Positions 37,259 through 49,231 are shown, counted from the stretch's first letter. The stretch is 64,000 nucleotides of DNA from Candidatus Syntropharchaeum sp. (GCA_026134025.1 JAOQII010000005.1:594-64593), one strand, 5' to 3'. The notes: a model not told the origin generated them from the sequence alone. Translations and numbers: made by a program.

Positions 37259-37894
37259 ATGCCTGATCTTATTCGAGAAGTTGCAGAGCGGGTGTTTGCA
37301 AGAGAGTTTAACGATAGCACATGTATATTCAGAGAAGAAGATGGTGAAAGAGCACCAAGATTTCTCCTAACGCCCACTGCTGCAAAGTGTAACAGAATCT
37401 TTGTTGTCGGGACACTGACCGAGAAGGAGGATATTGGGAGCGATCTTGAGTACTGGCGGGGCAGGGTTGTCGATCCCACAGGAGGGTTCACGATATATGC
37501 AGGGCAGTATCAGGAAGAGGTGATGCATCGGCTTGCATCGCTTGAGGTTCCCCATTGGGTTGCCGTGATCGGAAAGCCGAATGTGCGGGAGCGAGAGGTT
37601 AACGGTGTCATAAATACCTACACATCGCTTAGACCCGAGTATCTCGAGGTCGTTGATGCAACAACCCGCGACCTGTGGGTGATCGATACCGCCAGAGCAA
37701 CCCTTGATCGAATAAAACGGATGAAAAACCCCGTGGGTCTCGACCCTGAGACGTTGCAGAATATAGAACATGCAAAGGATCATTATCAGTTCATTGATCT
37801 TGAGTACTACAAGGAGATGGTGCTGGAAGCACTGAAATCACTGAAAGATCGAAGCTCAGGCGTGAGTACCATCGATCTATCCAGTGAAGCCTGA
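37259..37894 (+). CDS. conserved archaeal protein (possibly the COG3390 RPA-associated family)
   Basis: 211 aa with N-terminal REVAERVFAREF...RFLLTPTAAKCNRIFVVGTL, typical of that archaeal family. Low certainty. Confidence 0.3.
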   Translation: MPDLIREVAERVFAREFNDSTCIFREEDGERAPRFLLTPTAAKCNRIFVVGTLTEKEDIGSDLEYWRGRVVDPTGGFTIYAGQYQEEVMHRLASLEVPHWVAVIGKPNVREREVNGVINTYTSLRPEYLEVVDATTRDLWVIDTARATLDRIKRMKNPVGLDPETLQNIEHAKDHYQFIDLEYYKEMVLEALKSLKDRSSGVSTIDLSSEA

Positions 37895-39086
37895 TATAAT
37901 GAAAGGTATCACAAGAAATATACTCATTCTCGGTCTTGTAAGCCTTTTTACAGACCTCTCAAGCCAGATGGTCTTTCCGCTGATTCCATTATTTTTAACA
38001 ACCGTTCTTGGTGCGGGTGCCTTTGCCGTCGGTTTTGTAGAGGGTGCGGCAGAAACAACCGCATCGCTTCTCAAGGTTGTATCTGGATACTGGTCAGATA
38101 AGGTAAAAGTTAGAAAACCATTCATACTTGTTGGATACTCACTTTCAACGATAACAAAGCCTTTATTTGCATTTGCAGGTATATGGCAATCTGTTCTTCT
38201 GATAAGGGTAATTGAGAGGGTTGGAAAAGGGCTTAGAACTGCACCAAGAGATGCACTTGTTGCTGAATCATCGAGAGAAAGTACAAGGGGAGTTGCTTAT
38301 GGATTTCACAGATCAATGGATGGTGCAGGCTCGGTTCTGGGCGCGGTCATTGCTTTCCTCCTTCTCTTCTACGGCTGGCGGTATCAGGATATATTCCTCC
38401 TTGCATTCATACCAGGAATTATCTCGGTATCGATTATCTTGCTTATAAAGGAGCGTGCTCATATACCCTCAGAACCTGAGTCTGATAAAGCAAAAACCTC
38501 GATCAAGGTCAGTTTCGGGAAGCTTGACTGGAATCTGAGGCTTCTGATCCTTGCATCCTCAATCTTTGCACTCGGACATTTTGGATATGCTTTTTTTCTG
38601 CTTCGAGCAAAGAATATTGGGCTTGGCGATGAGACCGCAATCCTTCTCTACGTCCTCTTCTACATCATCTACACACTTGCATCGATTCCATCAGGTATGC
38701 TCTCAGATAAGCAAGGGAGAAAACCGATCCTGGTGGGAGGATATATCTTATTTGGGTTGGTGTCAACTGGATTGATCTTTGTATCAGATTTTTCAGGAAT
38801 ACTTCTACTATTTGCGATCTATGGTATTTGTTATGCGATGATCGATGGCGTACAGCGTGTCTTTGTCGTCGATCTCGCACCAGAGGATCTGAAAGCGACC
38901 GCTCTCGGTGCATTTCATACCTCAATCGGTATGGCTGCACTTCCAGGTGGGCTTATAGCAGGGTTTCTCTGGGATGTGATGTGCCCTGAGGCGACGTTTA
39001 TCTATGCAGTTATACTGACCGTGATTTCAGTTCTGCTGGTGGGGTTTGTGAAGGAGCACGAGATCTCACAATACCACCACTTTTAA
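37884..39086 (+). CDS. MFS transporter
   Basis: 400 aa, 12 predicted TM segments, with the MFS loop motif (GYWSDKVKVRKP) between TM2 and TM3. Confidence 0.75.
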   Translation: MKPDIMKGITRNILILGLVSLFTDLSSQMVFPLIPLFLTTVLGAGAFAVGFVEGAAETTASLLKVVSGYWSDKVKVRKPFILVGYSLSTITKPLFAFAGIWQSVLLIRVIERVGKGLRTAPRDALVAESSRESTRGVAYGFHRSMDGAGSVLGAVIAFLLLFYGWRYQDIFLLAFIPGIISVSIILLIKERAHIPSEPESDKAKTSIKVSFGKLDWNLRLLILASSIFALGHFGYAFFLLRAKNIGLGDETAILLYVLFYIIYTLASIPSGMLSDKQGRKPILVGGYILFGLVSTGLIFVSDFSGILLLFAIYGICYAMIDGVQRVFVVDLAPEDLKATALGAFHTSIGMAALPGGLIAGFLWDVMCPEATFIYAVILTVISVLLVGFVKEHEISQYHHF

Positions 39087-39124
39087 GCAAACTTTAAGTA
39101 CAGACTCAACATAGGTTTCACCTG

Positions 39125-40024
39125 ATGGAGATCGAACTTAAAGAGCTGAGGCACGGTACCGAGCTTCTCAAACGTGGTTTTGCATCGATGCAGAAAGGCG
39201 GTGTGATCATGGATGTGACAAATCCGAAGGAAGCAAAGATCGCAGAGGAGGCTGGGGCTGTTGCTGTGATGGCACTTCATAAGGTTCCTGCTGATATCAG
39301 GGCATCTGGCGGTATCGCAAGGATGGCAGATCCTGCGGTTATCTCAGCGATCATCGAAGCTGTCACGATCCCTGTTATGGCAAAGACCAGAATAGGGCAT
39401 TTTGTAGAGTCTGAGATCCTTGAGGCGTTGGGCGTCGACATGATCGATGAGTCAGAGGTTTTAACGCCAGTTGATACTCATCATATAGATAAAACCAGAT
39501 TTACCGTCCCGTTTGTCTGTGGAGCGCGAGATCTTGGAGAAGCGCTTCGCAGGATCGCTGAAGGAGCTGCAATGATCAGAACAAAAGGCGAAGCTGGGAC
39601 AGGTGACGTAAAGGAAGCAGTCAGACACATGAAGCTGATCATGGGGACGATCAGAGAACTTCGTGGGAAGAACGAAGAGGAACTAATGGACATCGCACGG
39701 AAGATCGAGGCACCCATTGATCTTGTCGTTGAGACCGCAAAACTGGGAAGGCTTCCTGTCGTTAACTTTGCAGCAGGTGGAATTGCAACGCCTGCAGATG
39801 CCGCGCTTATGATGAAACTCGGCGCAGATGGCGTATTTGTAGGTTCAGGAATATTCAAGTCCTCTGACCCGGTGAGGATGGCTCATGCGATTGTTGATGC
39901 AGTAAATAACTTTGATGACCCTGCTAAGCTTGCAGAGATCTCTAAGGGGCTTGGAGATCCAATGAAAGGCATAGAAGTTGGGTCCATTCCCAGAGAGGAG
40001 CTTCTTCAGGTTCGAGGATGGTAG
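39125..40024 (+). CDS. pdxS: pyridoxal 5'-phosphate synthase subunit PdxS
   Basis: Collinear with the PdxS/SNZ family ([31 protein letters not shown]...GSGIFKS). Confidence 0.9.
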   Translation: MEIELKELRHGTELLKRGFASMQKGGVIMDVTNPKEAKIAEEAGAVAVMALHKVPADIRASGGIARMADPAVISAIIEAVTIPVMAKTRIGHFVESEILEALGVDMIDESEVLTPVDTHHIDKTRFTVPFVCGARDLGEALRRIAEGAAMIRTKGEAGTGDVKEAVRHMKLIMGTIRELRGKNEEELMDIARKIEAPIDLVVETAKLGRLPVVNFAAGGIATPADAALMMKLGADGVFVGSGIFKSSDPVRMAHAIVDAVNNFDDPAKLAEISKGLGDPMKGIEVGSIPREELLQVRGW

Positions 40025-41253
40025 AAACAGATCTGCTAAAGACGGCAGAAAAGATCCTTGAATTTGGGCCGATCTGTGATAGCTGTCTCGGCAGGCAGTT
40101 TGCAATGTTATCGACCGGCCTCACAAACCGTGAGCGCGGACGTGCACTTCGTACGGTTATTCGAATGAGTCATGATGACCGCACTCTACCTGAGAAAGGG
40201 TGCTGGGTTTGTCTCGGGCTATTTGAGAGGGATAAACTTGCAAGCTGGGCTGAAAAGGTCGAGGATGCACTGCATGGTATTGAATGCAGGACATTTCTCA
40301 TCGGAACTCAGGTGAGTGGGCTTCTTTCAGAGAATGAGGAGATTTTATGGGGTGAGTGTGGGATACAATATGCCGAGCCTTTAAAATCTGAACTTAACCG
40401 TGAGATCGGAAAGCTCGTATCAGAGAGAAAAGGAATAGAGGTTGAGTTTACGCGTCCTGACGTTCTTATAATCCTCGATCTCGCCCGTGACAGGGTTAAC
40501 CTATCGATAAACGCTCGCTTCATCTTCGGCAGGTATCTAAAACTCATAAGAGGGATTCCGCAGACAAGATGGCCATGTAGCAGGTGTCGTGGCAAAGGCT
40601 GTCAGGCGTGCAACTTCACAGGCAAGCTCTATAAGGAGTCTGTCGAGGAACTCATCGGCGAGGTCGCACTTCCTTTATTTAAAGGTGAGGACTATCGCCT
40701 CCATGGTGCAGGACGTGAGGATATCGATGCGCGTATGCTTGGGCGTGGAAGACCATTCATCCTTGAGATAAAATCGCCAAAAGCGCGGGAAGTAGATCTA
40801 AAGGTGCTCGAGGATGGGGTTGATCATACAAAAGTCTCGCTTACTGGTCTGCGATACACCGATGGATCCAGGGTGGAGGTTTTAAAGTCAGCCTCTCCCA
40901 CGAAGCGTTACAGGGCTAAGATCAGGGTGGGAGATCTCGATAAAATACGGCTTGAATCAGGGTTAAATGAACTTTCAGGCGCGATAATCGATCAAAAAAC
41001 TCCTCAGAGGGTTCTTCACAGAAGAGTAGATAAAACAAGAAGACGAAAAGTTATCGAGGCGCATCTTCTCGGGATTGAAGATGGATATGCCATAATAGAG
41101 ATCTTATCAGAGGCCGGGCTCTATATAAAGGAGCTTGTATCAGGCGATAAGGGAAGATCCAGCCCAAGCCTCTCGTCGATCATGGAAGAGGATCTTTCTG
41201 TTGAGGAGCTTGATGTCATCGATGTTGGGGACATTGAGGGCATAGAGATATAA
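40018..41253 (+). CDS. pus10: tRNA pseudouridine synthase Pus10
   Basis: N-terminal CDSCLGRQF...CWVC zinc-ribbon/THUMP region and a C-terminal PUS catalytic domain. 411 aa. Confidence 0.8.
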   Translation: MVETDLLKTAEKILEFGPICDSCLGRQFAMLSTGLTNRERGRALRTVIRMSHDDRTLPEKGCWVCLGLFERDKLASWAEKVEDALHGIECRTFLIGTQVSGLLSENEEILWGECGIQYAEPLKSELNREIGKLVSERKGIEVEFTRPDVLIILDLARDRVNLSINARFIFGRYLKLIRGIPQTRWPCSRCRGKGCQACNFTGKLYKESVEELIGEVALPLFKGEDYRLHGAGREDIDARMLGRGRPFILEIKSPKAREVDLKVLEDGVDHTKVSLTGLRYTDGSRVEVLKSASPTKRYRAKIRVGDLDKIRLESGLNELSGAIIDQKTPQRVLHRRVDKTRRRKVIEAHLLGIEDGYAIIEILSEAGLYIKELVSGDKGRSSPSLSSIMEEDLSVEELDVIDVGDIEGIEI

Positions 41254-41302
41254 AGAAAGGGGCATAATCTATTTATTTAACAAGCTGTATGGGATATATG
41301 GA

Positions 41303-41602
41303 GTGAATGTTATGCCAGTATCACACGGTGTTAAGAGAAAGACGAGACATAAGCTCAAGAAGCCGGTGAGAGCGCGTGGACTGTCACCTATCACAAGAGC
41401 TGTTCAGGAGTTTAATCCTGGTGAGATGGTACACATCAAGATCGATCCAAGTGTTCACCGAGGTGTACCAAATCCGAAGTTTCACGGAAAGACCGCAAAG
41501 GTGATAGCCATGCGTGGGAGGTCATTCAGGCTCGAGGTAAAAGACGGAAAGAAACTCAAAGAGATCTTTGTGAGACCAGAACATCTTCTGCCGCAGAAAT
41601 GA
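41303..41602 (+). CDS. rpl21e: 50S ribosomal protein L21e
   Basis: [17 protein letters not shown]...[16 protein letters not shown]. Confidence 0.85.
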   Translation: MNVMPVSHGVKRKTRHKLKKPVRARGLSPITRAVQEFNPGEMVHIKIDPSVHRGVPNPKFHGKTAKVIAMRGRSFRLEVKDGKKLKEIFVRPEHLLPQK

Positions 41603-41621
41603 AAAGCGTCAGGTTGAGTAA

Positions 41622-41966
41622 ATGATCGTAAAAAAAGTTCTTTCAGAAGAGATGCTTACCCTGGCTGAAGCAAAAGCCATCCTGATGGAAGTAAGAGAGG
41701 AGAGGGAAGGGGAAGAGCTCAGCTATGAGAAGCGGAAGGCGATAGAACATGCCGAGCTATTCTGTCACATGGACGCGGCGAGATCGAGGGAGCTGGTAAA
41801 GGAGCTTGAGACGCTCGAAAAGATGAAGCCAGAGCTTGCAATCAGGATTGCAGATATACTGCCTGAGACACGGGACGAGGTTCGGGCGATCTATGCAAAG
41901 GAGAGGTTCACGCTCACAGAGGAGGAACTTGATGCGATTCTCGATATCGTGAACAGGTACCATTAG
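41622..41966 (+). CDS. rpoF: DNA-directed RNA polymerase subunit F (Rpo4)
   Basis: 114 aa, follows rpl21e as in the conserved archaeal L21e-rpoF-DUF655 cluster. Confidence 0.7.
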   Translation: MIVKKVLSEEMLTLAEAKAILMEVREEREGEELSYEKRKAIEHAELFCHMDAARSRELVKELETLEKMKPELAIRIADILPETRDEVRAIYAKERFTLTEEELDAILDIVNRYH

Positions 41967-41979
41967 GGGAGGGGGTACG

Positions 41980-42561
41980 ATCAATAAGATCTTCACAGCG
42001 AGCAAGGAAAGAGAGGAGTATGTACGTGTACTCGATTTTCTTCCCTACGGCAGGATCGATGATGACCGCCCAGCGTACCAGAAGGAACCGCTTATCCAGG
42101 CGATCGGTGAGAAGAGTTTTGTTCTGATGGAGATTACGCCAAAGAAGGGTAAAGTGCCGATGATACATGAAAGACTCTACACCGGGGAGAAGACACGTGA
42201 TGTCGTGGATCATGTGAACTGCAGGCTCAGGTACAACGAACTCACGCACGCGGCACAGGCTGAGCTCCCACACGTGCTTACTGAGATCGTAAAAGACAAT
42301 GAAGCAAGGTTTCTTGAGATCTATAATAAATCATACTCAATTACGACACGGCTCCATATTCTCGATCTCTTTCCAGGTATCGGTCGTAAGTTCGTGAATA
42401 TGATTCTGAAGGAACGGAAGAAGGGGGACTTTACCAGCTTTGATGACCTTAAAAATCGGGTTAAAGGGTTGTACCATCCAGAGAGGATCATAGCGAATCG
42501 GATAGAGGAAGAGCTGAAAGACGATACGATAAAATATCGGCTCTTCACCACCGTGAAGTGA
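41980..42561 (+). CDS. DUF655 family RNA-binding protein, with a probable non-canonical or unannotated start
   Basis: The frame is open from 41968. The conserved DUF655 N-terminus EYVRVLDFLPYGRIDDDRPAYQKEPLIQAIGE lies upstream of the first ATG (42127), and no ATG/GTG/TTG sits at the expected position. Confidence 0.55.
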   Translation: MNKIFTASKEREEYVRVLDFLPYGRIDDDRPAYQKEPLIQAIGEKSFVLMEITPKKGKVPMIHERLYTGEKTRDVVDHVNCRLRYNELTHAAQAELPHVLTEIVKDNEARFLEIYNKSYSITTRLHILDLFPGIGRKFVNMILKERKKGDFTSFDDLKNRVKGLYHPERIIANRIEEELKDDTIKYRLFTTVK

Positions 42562-42565
42562 TCCC

Positions 42566-43432
42566 GTGAAGATCGTGATTGTTGGCGGCGCTGGGGTAAT
42601 GGGACAGTGGTTTACAAGATTTTTCAAAGCGAGCGGTGCCGTTGTTTATATCCTTGATCCAAGAGATGATTGTGGGAAGATCGCAGACGAACTGGGTGTC
42701 ACTGCTGTTGGGCAGGAAAAGCTTGGTGAGGTCGATATTGTCCTGATATCAGTCCCGATTCAGATTGCCCACCGCGTGATCGTGGATACGGCACCCCTAC
42801 TAAAACAGGGAGCGCTTCTTGTAGATATTACCTCGATAAAGCGTGATCCCACTCGTGCGATGCGATCTGCAATAGCCGAGTGTGATATCGAGGCTTTGAG
42901 CATTCATCCACTCTTTGGTCCGACGATGCCCTCGATGAAGAAGCAGACGATGATCTTTGTACCCGTTAGAAAGGGCAGGCTTACAGGATTTATGGATCAG
43001 TTATTTACAGATGCTGGAGCAGACGTTGTCTATATGGACGCAGATGAGCACGATAGAATAATGGCGGTTGTCCAGGGGCTTACTCACTTTGTTTACATCA
43101 CGTTCGGACAGACCCTGAGAGCGCTTGGATTTGATATTGAAGGGTCAAGAAGATATATGAGTCCTGTTTATGAGATTATGACCGATTTTGTTGGTAGAAT
43201 TCTTCATCAGGACCCGATGCTTTATGGCATGATACAGATGAACCTTGATGTATCTGAGATTCATGAAACATTCCTGAAAGAAGCCAGTAAGCTCTCAGAG
43301 ATTGTTAAAAAAAGAGATATTGAGAAATTTACCGAAGAGATGCGATCATCCCGTGAACATTTTGGAAACACCGCGCGTTCGATGGTAGCGTCAGATAAAT
43401 TGGTAAACTTTAAAGTTAAAGAGGACGATTGA
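42566..43432 (+). CDS. tyrA: prephenate dehydrogenase
   Basis: GTG start, N-terminal Rossmann IVIVGGAGVMGQWF, TyrA family. Confidence 0.75.
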   Translation: MKIVIVGGAGVMGQWFTRFFKASGAVVYILDPRDDCGKIADELGVTAVGQEKLGEVDIVLISVPIQIAHRVIVDTAPLLKQGALLVDITSIKRDPTRAMRSAIAECDIEALSIHPLFGPTMPSMKKQTMIFVPVRKGRLTGFMDQLFTDAGADVVYMDADEHDRIMAVVQGLTHFVYITFGQTLRALGFDIEGSRRYMSPVYEIMTDFVGRILHQDPMLYGMIQMNLDVSEIHETFLKEASKLSEIVKKRDIEKFTEEMRSSREHFGNTARSMVASDKLVNFKVKEDD

Positions 43433-43447
43433 TTTAATGGGGATGGA

Positions 43448-45019
43448 ATGAGGCGACCACTCGGTACAATATTTGGAGATACAGGAGCGCTCAAGTTCCG
43501 CTTTGCTGTGACAGCCCCTGATCTTCTGAGACAGGGTGATTATATCAAGGTCTGGCACCCGACCGATGGATGGGTGCTCTCGCAGGTTACATCGATTCGC
43601 AGATCGAGTGATCTCTCATTTGACAAAGCAAAGTCTGTCGGGACGTTCACCGAGATCGAGGAGAAAGTAGTGGCAGAAGGTGTTGTAATTGGATCAAGGG
43701 ATGAGGAAGGACTGCTTAAGTCACCAAGAACTCCTTTTTCACCTGGAGACCGTGTCTTCCCAGCAGATCGCGACCTGATACTTGAGACGATCGGTCTTGG
43801 GAAGGATGGGATCTACATCGGCTTTCTCGAGGGGCATGATATCAAGGTTATGCTCGATCCAAACAAATTTGTCCAGAAACACTGCAGTATCCTCGCAAAG
43901 ACAGGGTCTGGCAAGTCATACACCGCAGGGGTGATCGTTGAGGAGCTTCTCGATAAAGGTGTTCCGCTTCTGATCATCGATCCACACGGTGAGTATGCAT
44001 CACTAAAATCTGAGAACGAGAGTGAGAGTGATCTAAAGCGGATGGATGAATACGGGGTCATGCCGGAGTCATATTTAGATCAGGTTATGGTCTACACCCC
44101 TGCAAACCTGGCTGTCGCACCCCACGCCGATGCTGTCTTCAGGTTCGATGGCGTAAACCTCGATGCACGCACGTTAAGTCTCATGGTCCCAAGTCTCACA
44201 GATACACAGCTTGGACTTCTCTACCAGGCGATAAAAGCACTCAAGGAGGCGCGTGACTTTTACAGGATCGATGATATCATTGATGAGGTTGGGAAGTTTA
44301 AATCAAACGCCAGATGGGCGATCATACATACACTTGAACTCTTGAAGGAGACTGGTCTTTTATCAGACAGCCCAACAGCCCTGGAAGAACTGGTAAAACC
44401 GAGAAAAGCATCCATCATTGATATGAAGGGGGTTGACCCGAAGCTTCAAGAGATCATCGTCTCCCAGCTTGCATCACAGCTTTTCGATGCGAGAAAGATG
44501 GGTAAGATTCCACCCTTAATGCTTGTGATCGAGGAAGCCCATAATTTCTGCCCTGAGAAAGGGATCGGGAAGGCGATATCCTCTGAGATCTTAAGAACGA
44601 TCGCATCAGAAGGGAGGAAGTTTGGTCTGGGTCTGCTTGTTATCTCACAGCGTCCTGCAAGGGTTGATAAAAATATCCTTTCCCAGTGTAACACCCAGAT
44701 AATTCTCAAGGTCACAAACCCGAACGACCTCAAAGCCCTGAGTAAAGGACTTGAAGGGATGAGTACAGATCTTGAAGAGGAGATAAAACGAATTCCTGCG
44801 GGTATGGCACTTATTGTGAGTAATGATATCGAGAAGCCCGTGCTTGTTGATGTGAGGGTAAGAAAGACCCGCCATGGCGGCGAATCCTCCAGGATCATAT
44901 CGACATATCCTGCAAGCTGGGAGGACTATCTTGATACCTTAGAAGATGAGGATGAGGTGGTCGAGGAGGGGCGGCAGGGAATGAGGTTTATATCAAGGTT
45001 GTTTGGGAGAGGAGCATAA
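43448..45019 (+). CDS. HerA/FtsK-like P-loop ATPase (DUF87)
   Basis: Walker [11 protein letters not shown] and Walker B LLVIEEAH. 523 aa. No nurA, mre11 or rad50 adjacent. Confidence 0.65.
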   Translation: MRRPLGTIFGDTGALKFRFAVTAPDLLRQGDYIKVWHPTDGWVLSQVTSIRRSSDLSFDKAKSVGTFTEIEEKVVAEGVVIGSRDEEGLLKSPRTPFSPGDRVFPADRDLILETIGLGKDGIYIGFLEGHDIKVMLDPNKFVQKHCSILAKTGSGKSYTAGVIVEELLDKGVPLLIIDPHGEYASLKSENESESDLKRMDEYGVMPESYLDQVMVYTPANLAVAPHADAVFRFDGVNLDARTLSLMVPSLTDTQLGLLYQAIKALKEARDFYRIDDIIDEVGKFKSNARWAIIHTLELLKETGLLSDSPTALEELVKPRKASIIDMKGVDPKLQEIIVSQLASQLFDARKMGKIPPLMLVIEEAHNFCPEKGIGKAISSEILRTIASEGRKFGLGLLVISQRPARVDKNILSQCNTQIILKVTNPNDLKALSKGLEGMSTDLEEEIKRIPAGMALIVSNDIEKPVLVDVRVRKTRHGGESSRIISTYPASWEDYLDTLEDEDEVVEEGRQGMRFISRLFGRGA

Positions 45020-45086
45020 CAAGATCACCACAACATTTATATAGAAGTATAAATCATAGAAAACAAAAAAATGGAGGATTTTATAT

Positions 45087-46733
45087 ATGGCTGGACAGTT
45101 AGGCGGAACGCCGATATTGATTTTAAAAGAAGGAGCTGAGCGAACAAGAGGTAAAGAAGCGCAGAACCGTAACATAACGGCAGCAAAGACCGTTGCAAGT
45201 GCAGTTCGAACAACACTCGGACCAAAAGGTATGGATAAGATGCTTGTCGACTCACTCGGGGACGTTGTAATTACAAATGACGGTGCAACGATCCTTAAAG
45301 AGATGGACATCGAACACCCTGCTGCAAAGATGATGGTTGAGATCTCAAAGACCCAGGATGATGAGGTCGGCGATGGCACAACCACTGCAGTTGTACTTGC
45401 AGGAGAACTCTTAAAAAAAGCAGAAGATCTCTTAGAGCAGGATATTCATCCAACAGTAATCGCATCGGGTTACAGACTTGCATCAGAGAAAGCCTATGAG
45501 ATACTGAGTGAAACGAGTAAAGATATATCTCCTGAGGATAAAGACGCCCTCTTCAAGGTCGCAAAAACCGCTATGACAGGAAAAGGTGCTGAAATATCTC
45601 AGGAAGGACTCACAAAGCTCGTGGTAGATTCTGTAACTGCTATCGTTGAAGATGATGGGACGGTCGATATCGATAACATCAAGGTTGAGAAGAAGATGGG
45701 TGGCGGCGTCGAGGACTCTGAATTGATCGATGGTATCGTTATCGATAAGGAGCGGGTGCATACAAACATGCCAAAAAAGATCGATGACGCGAAGATCGCA
45801 CTCTTAAATTGCCCACTCGAGATCGAGAAGACCGAGGTCGATGCAAAGATCGAGATTACATCGCCCGATCAGCTCAAACTTTTCCTCGACGAGGAAGAGA
45901 ACATGCTGAGGGAGATGGTTGAGAAGATTACATCAACGGGTGCAAATGTCCTGTTCTGCCAGAAGGGGATCGATGACATCGCACAGCATTTCCTCGCAAA
46001 GGCAGGCGTCCTTGCCGCGAGGAGGGTCAAAGAGAGTGATATGAAGAAACTCGCTCGTGCAACTGGCGGTAGAATAGTCTCAAGTGTTGATGAGCTTGAA
46101 TCAGATGATCTCGGTGACGCAGGCATCGTCGAAGAGCGAAAGATCGGCGGAGATGAGATGATCTTCATTGAGAAATGCAGTAACCCCAAAGCAGTCTCAA
46201 TTATCCTGCGCGGTGGTACAGAACACGTTGTCGATGAGCTTGAGCGTGGTATACACGACGCGCTTAGGGTCGTAGGTGTAGCGATCGAGGACAAGAAGGT
46301 TCTGGCTGGTGGTGGATCATCAGAGACCGAGCTTGCACTGAGACTCAGAGATTACGCTTCAACGATCGGTGGACGTGAGCAGCTCGCGATCGAGGCATTT
46401 GCAGACGCACTTGATATCATTCCAAGAACGCTTTCAGAAAACGCTGGACTCGATCCAATCGATATGCTCGTCGCACTGAGATCTGCCCATGAAGCAGGCG
46501 ATAAGAATGCAGGTCTCAATGTAATTAATGGTGAGATCATCGATATGGAAGAGGCAGGCGTTCTTGAGCCAATGAGGATAAAGACGCAGGCGGTAAGCTC
46601 TGCCACAGAAGCAGCGGTGATGATTCTCAGGATCGATGACGTCATCGCGAGTTCAAAGACGAGTGGACCAGCTGCGCCTCCAGGAGGCGGAATGCCACCA
46701 GGTGGCATGGGCGGAATGGAAGATATGTACTGA
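45087..46733 (+). CDS. ths: thermosome subunit (group II chaperonin)
   Basis: [15 protein letters not shown] and [21 protein letters not shown] signatures, and a C-terminal GGM repeat tail. Confidence 0.9.
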   Translation: MAGQLGGTPILILKEGAERTRGKEAQNRNITAAKTVASAVRTTLGPKGMDKMLVDSLGDVVITNDGATILKEMDIEHPAAKMMVEISKTQDDEVGDGTTTAVVLAGELLKKAEDLLEQDIHPTVIASGYRLASEKAYEILSETSKDISPEDKDALFKVAKTAMTGKGAEISQEGLTKLVVDSVTAIVEDDGTVDIDNIKVEKKMGGGVEDSELIDGIVIDKERVHTNMPKKIDDAKIALLNCPLEIEKTEVDAKIEITSPDQLKLFLDEEENMLREMVEKITSTGANVLFCQKGIDDIAQHFLAKAGVLAARRVKESDMKKLARATGGRIVSSVDELESDDLGDAGIVEERKIGGDEMIFIEKCSNPKAVSIILRGGTEHVVDELERGIHDALRVVGVAIEDKKVLAGGGSSETELALRLRDYASTIGGREQLAIEAFADALDIIPRTLSENAGLDPIDMLVALRSAHEAGDKNAGLNVINGEIIDMEEAGVLEPMRIKTQAVSSATEAAVMILRIDDVIASSKTSGPAAPPGGGMPPGGMGGMEDMY

Positions 46734-46734
46734 A

Positions 46735-46768
46735 AGAGGGTTAAACCTCTTTTTTCTATTTTTTAAAT
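46735..46768. terminator. hairpin plus T-tract between the convergent thermosome and dapB genes
   Basis: AGAGGGTTAAACCTCT stem-loop followed by TTTTTTCTATTTTTT. Confidence 0.35.
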
Positions 46769-47467
46769 TTACCTCCATCCCATAACATCATCCATTGAGT
46801 AGATTCCGTTCTCTCTTCTGTGAATCCACCTCACAGCCCGTATCACACCATTCACGAATGTAGCCCTGCTCTGTGCATGGTGTGCAATCTCAAAACGCTC
46901 CCCGATTCCGGAAAAGATGACTGTATGGTCACCAACGATATCTCCACCCCTTATCGCATGGATGTCTACTTCTCTTCCCATATCCTCAAGTACCTTTGCT
47001 GCTCTGAGTGCTGTCCCACTCGGCGCATCGATCTTTGTTCTATGGTGTGCCTCGATGATCGAGATATCATAGCCCTCAAGTACTGCTGCCGCATCCTTTA
47101 TGAGCCTCCAGAGAAGGTTCACACCGATCGAGAAGTTTGGTGAGATCACAGCAGCAACCCTGTCCTCGATCTCGGATCGCAACTTCAGAAGATCATCTTC
47201 GCTGAAACCTGTGGTTCCGATCACGAGATTAACACCAGATTGGGCGGCTGTAATCGCATTCTCAATCGCAGCATCTGCAACCGTAAAATCAACAAGAACA
47301 TCAACACCCCTATCTCTCAGCGTGTCGGCCATTTTCTCGGGGTGTACAACCCCCTCGCCACGAATATCAAAACTTGCAACAGCCTCCATCCCTTCTTCAG
47401 TAGCGATTCTATCAATGATCAGGCGCCCCATACGTCCATTTGCTCCGCTGACAGCTAACTTTATCAT
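46769..47467 (-). CDS. dapB: 4-hydroxy-tetrahydrodipicolinate reductase
   Basis: MIKLAVSGANGRMG Rossmann fold and the EAHHRTKIDAPSGTA DapB motif. Confidence 0.85.
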   Translation of the reverse strand: MIKLAVSGANGRMGRLIIDRIATEEGMEAVASFDIRGEGVVHPEKMADTLRDRGVDVLVDFTVADAAIENAITAAQSGVNLVIGTTGFSEDDLLKLRSEIEDRVAAVISPNFSIGVNLLWRLIKDAAAVLEGYDISIIEAHHRTKIDAPSGTALRAAKVLEDMGREVDIHAIRGGDIVGDHTVIFSGIGERFEIAHHAQSRATFVNGVIRAVRWIHRRENGIYSMDDVMGWR

Positions 47468-48342
47468 ATAAGATCCATCTCTGTTAGAACTTCTCTAAGG
47501 CGCGCTTCATTCTCTTTGTCAAGCTCTGCAAGCGGTAGTCTGATCGTTCCATTCGAGAGTTTCATCAGTTCAGCAGCCTTCTTGACAGGTATCGGGTTTG
47601 TCTCAAGAAATAGCGCATCGAATAAGGGAGCGAGCTCATAGTGGAGATCCCTTGCACGATCAAAGTTACCTGATAGTGCTTCTGCTGTGAGCGATGCCAT
47701 TCTTTGGGGTATGATGTTTGCGGCAACCGAGACGACACCAACACCCCCAAGTGCTATAATCGGGATGGTCGAGGAATCGTCTCCTGCAAAGATAAGAAAA
47801 CCATCATCTCTCGTAAGCTCAATTATCTTTGAAACCTGCGAGATGTTTCCGCTTGCCTCCTTGATACCTATTATTCGTTCATCCTTTGAGAGTTCAAGGA
47901 TCAGATCAGGTGTGAGGTTAAGCCCTGTCCTTGACTGGATGTTGTACAGGATTATGGGAAGATCAGATGCCTCTGCGATCGCATTGAAGTGCTTCAGGAT
48001 GCCACGCCTGTTTGGCTTGTTATAATAAGGTGTGATCTGGAGTGATGCATCCGCTCCAACGTCCTTTGCAAATCTTGTAAGCTCAACCGCCTCTTCTGTA
48101 TTGTTTGAGCCTGTGCCTGCGATTACAGCAAGTTTTGACGGAGCGGCATCGACAGAAGCTTTAATCACGTCTCTGTGCTCATGATGCGTCAGCGTTGCAG
48201 ACTCACCTGTTGTGCCACATGGAACAATTCCAGAAATACCATTCGCTGCCATAAACTCGATGAGGAATCGCAATTGTTCCAGATCGAGGCTGCCGTCATC
48301 CTTGAACGGGGTTATAAGTGCGGTGAAGACCCCTCTAAACAT
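47464..48342 (-). CDS. dapA: 4-hydroxy-tetrahydrodipicolinate synthase
   Basis: GVFTALITPF...GTTGES motifs. Start at the internal Met (MFRGVF) to limit overlap with rps17e. Confidence 0.85.
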   Translation of the reverse strand: MFRGVFTALITPFKDDGSLDLEQLRFLIEFMAANGISGIVPCGTTGESATLTHHEHRDVIKASVDAAPSKLAVIAGTGSNNTEEAVELTRFAKDVGADASLQITPYYNKPNRRGILKHFNAIAEASDLPIILYNIQSRTGLNLTPDLILELSKDERIIGIKEASGNISQVSKIIELTRDDGFLIFAGDDSSTIPIIALGGVGVVSVAANIIPQRMASLTAEALSGNFDRARDLHYELAPLFDALFLETNPIPVKKAAELMKLSNGTIRLPLAELDKENEARLREVLTEMDLI

Positions 48343-48571
48343 AGAACTCGTCATCGTCGCTGCCACGCAATCGACTCTCTCTTCTTATCTTGCTATTGAT
48401 CTTTGAAGTGATGTATCCTGCGATCCTGTTTCGTATAGTCTTGCTCTTGACGTTGGTGCGTGCTTCAACGATCTTTTTGTTCTCTTCGAAATCCCCAGTG
48501 AACGTTACTCCTGAATCCTTACGCAACTTATCACCAACAACCTTTATGTAAGTGGGTCTCACGTTTCCCAT
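48335..48571 (-). CDS. rps17e: 30S ribosomal protein S17e
   Basis: MGNVRPTYIKVVGDKL... 78 aa. Confidence 0.8.
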   Translation of the reverse strand: MGNVRPTYIKVVGDKLRKDSGVTFTGDFEENKKIVEARTNVKSKTIRNRIAGYITSKINSKIRRESRLRGSDDDEFYV

Positions 48572-48682
48572 ATCAATCTCCTTTTCATGATTTAATCTTG
48601 ATATAAGTAGCTTCGATCATATCACTTAATAAGGTTAACCCCAAACGAAAAGTCCTTAACCTTCAGGATCATACAAATCCAC

Positions 48683-49231
48683 ATGAAACTTAGTACAAAA
48701 GACTATCCAAAGCTACTGGTAAGACCTGTCATTGTTGTGACGACGATATCAAAGAACGGGGTTCCGAACGCTGCGCCTTTCAGCTTCAACTCACCCATCA
48801 GTTTCGAACCACCGTTATACGGATTTTCATGCAATCCAGCACATGATACGTGGCGAAACATTCAGGATACGGGCGAGTTTGTCGTGAATGTGGCGGGTGA
48901 GGATATGGGAGATCTCATGAAGATTCTGGAAGAGAAATATCCTTATGAGGTTTCAGAGATCGAAAAGGCTGGACTAAACGAAGAGCCCTCAGATGTCGTG
49001 AAACCACCACGGATCATGGAAGCGATCGCATGGATTGAGTGCACGCTCGATAAGGCGGTAGAGCTTGGTGACCATATATGGGTTGCAGGAAAAGTGGTTG
49101 CAGCAGGCGTTAAAGGAGATTCCTGGGAAGGAGTTCTGGAGCCTGAAAGCTCGAAACCGCTCTGTCATATCGCTGGAGAGTTCTTCGCTGTGGATATGGT
49201 CACAAAAAAGTTTGAGCGTGCCAAAAAATAA
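48683..49231 (+). CDS. flavin reductase-like FMN-binding split-barrel protein
   Basis: LLVRPVIVVTT...NAAPFSF motif of the flavin reductase-like domain. Confidence 0.6.
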   Translation: MKLSTKDYPKLLVRPVIVVTTISKNGVPNAAPFSFNSPISFEPPLYGFSCNPAHDTWRNIQDTGEFVVNVAGEDMGDLMKILEEKYPYEVSEIEKAGLNEEPSDVVKPPRIMEAIAWIECTLDKAVELGDHIWVAGKVVAAGVKGDSWEGVLEPESSKPLCHIAGEFFAVDMVTKKFERAKK

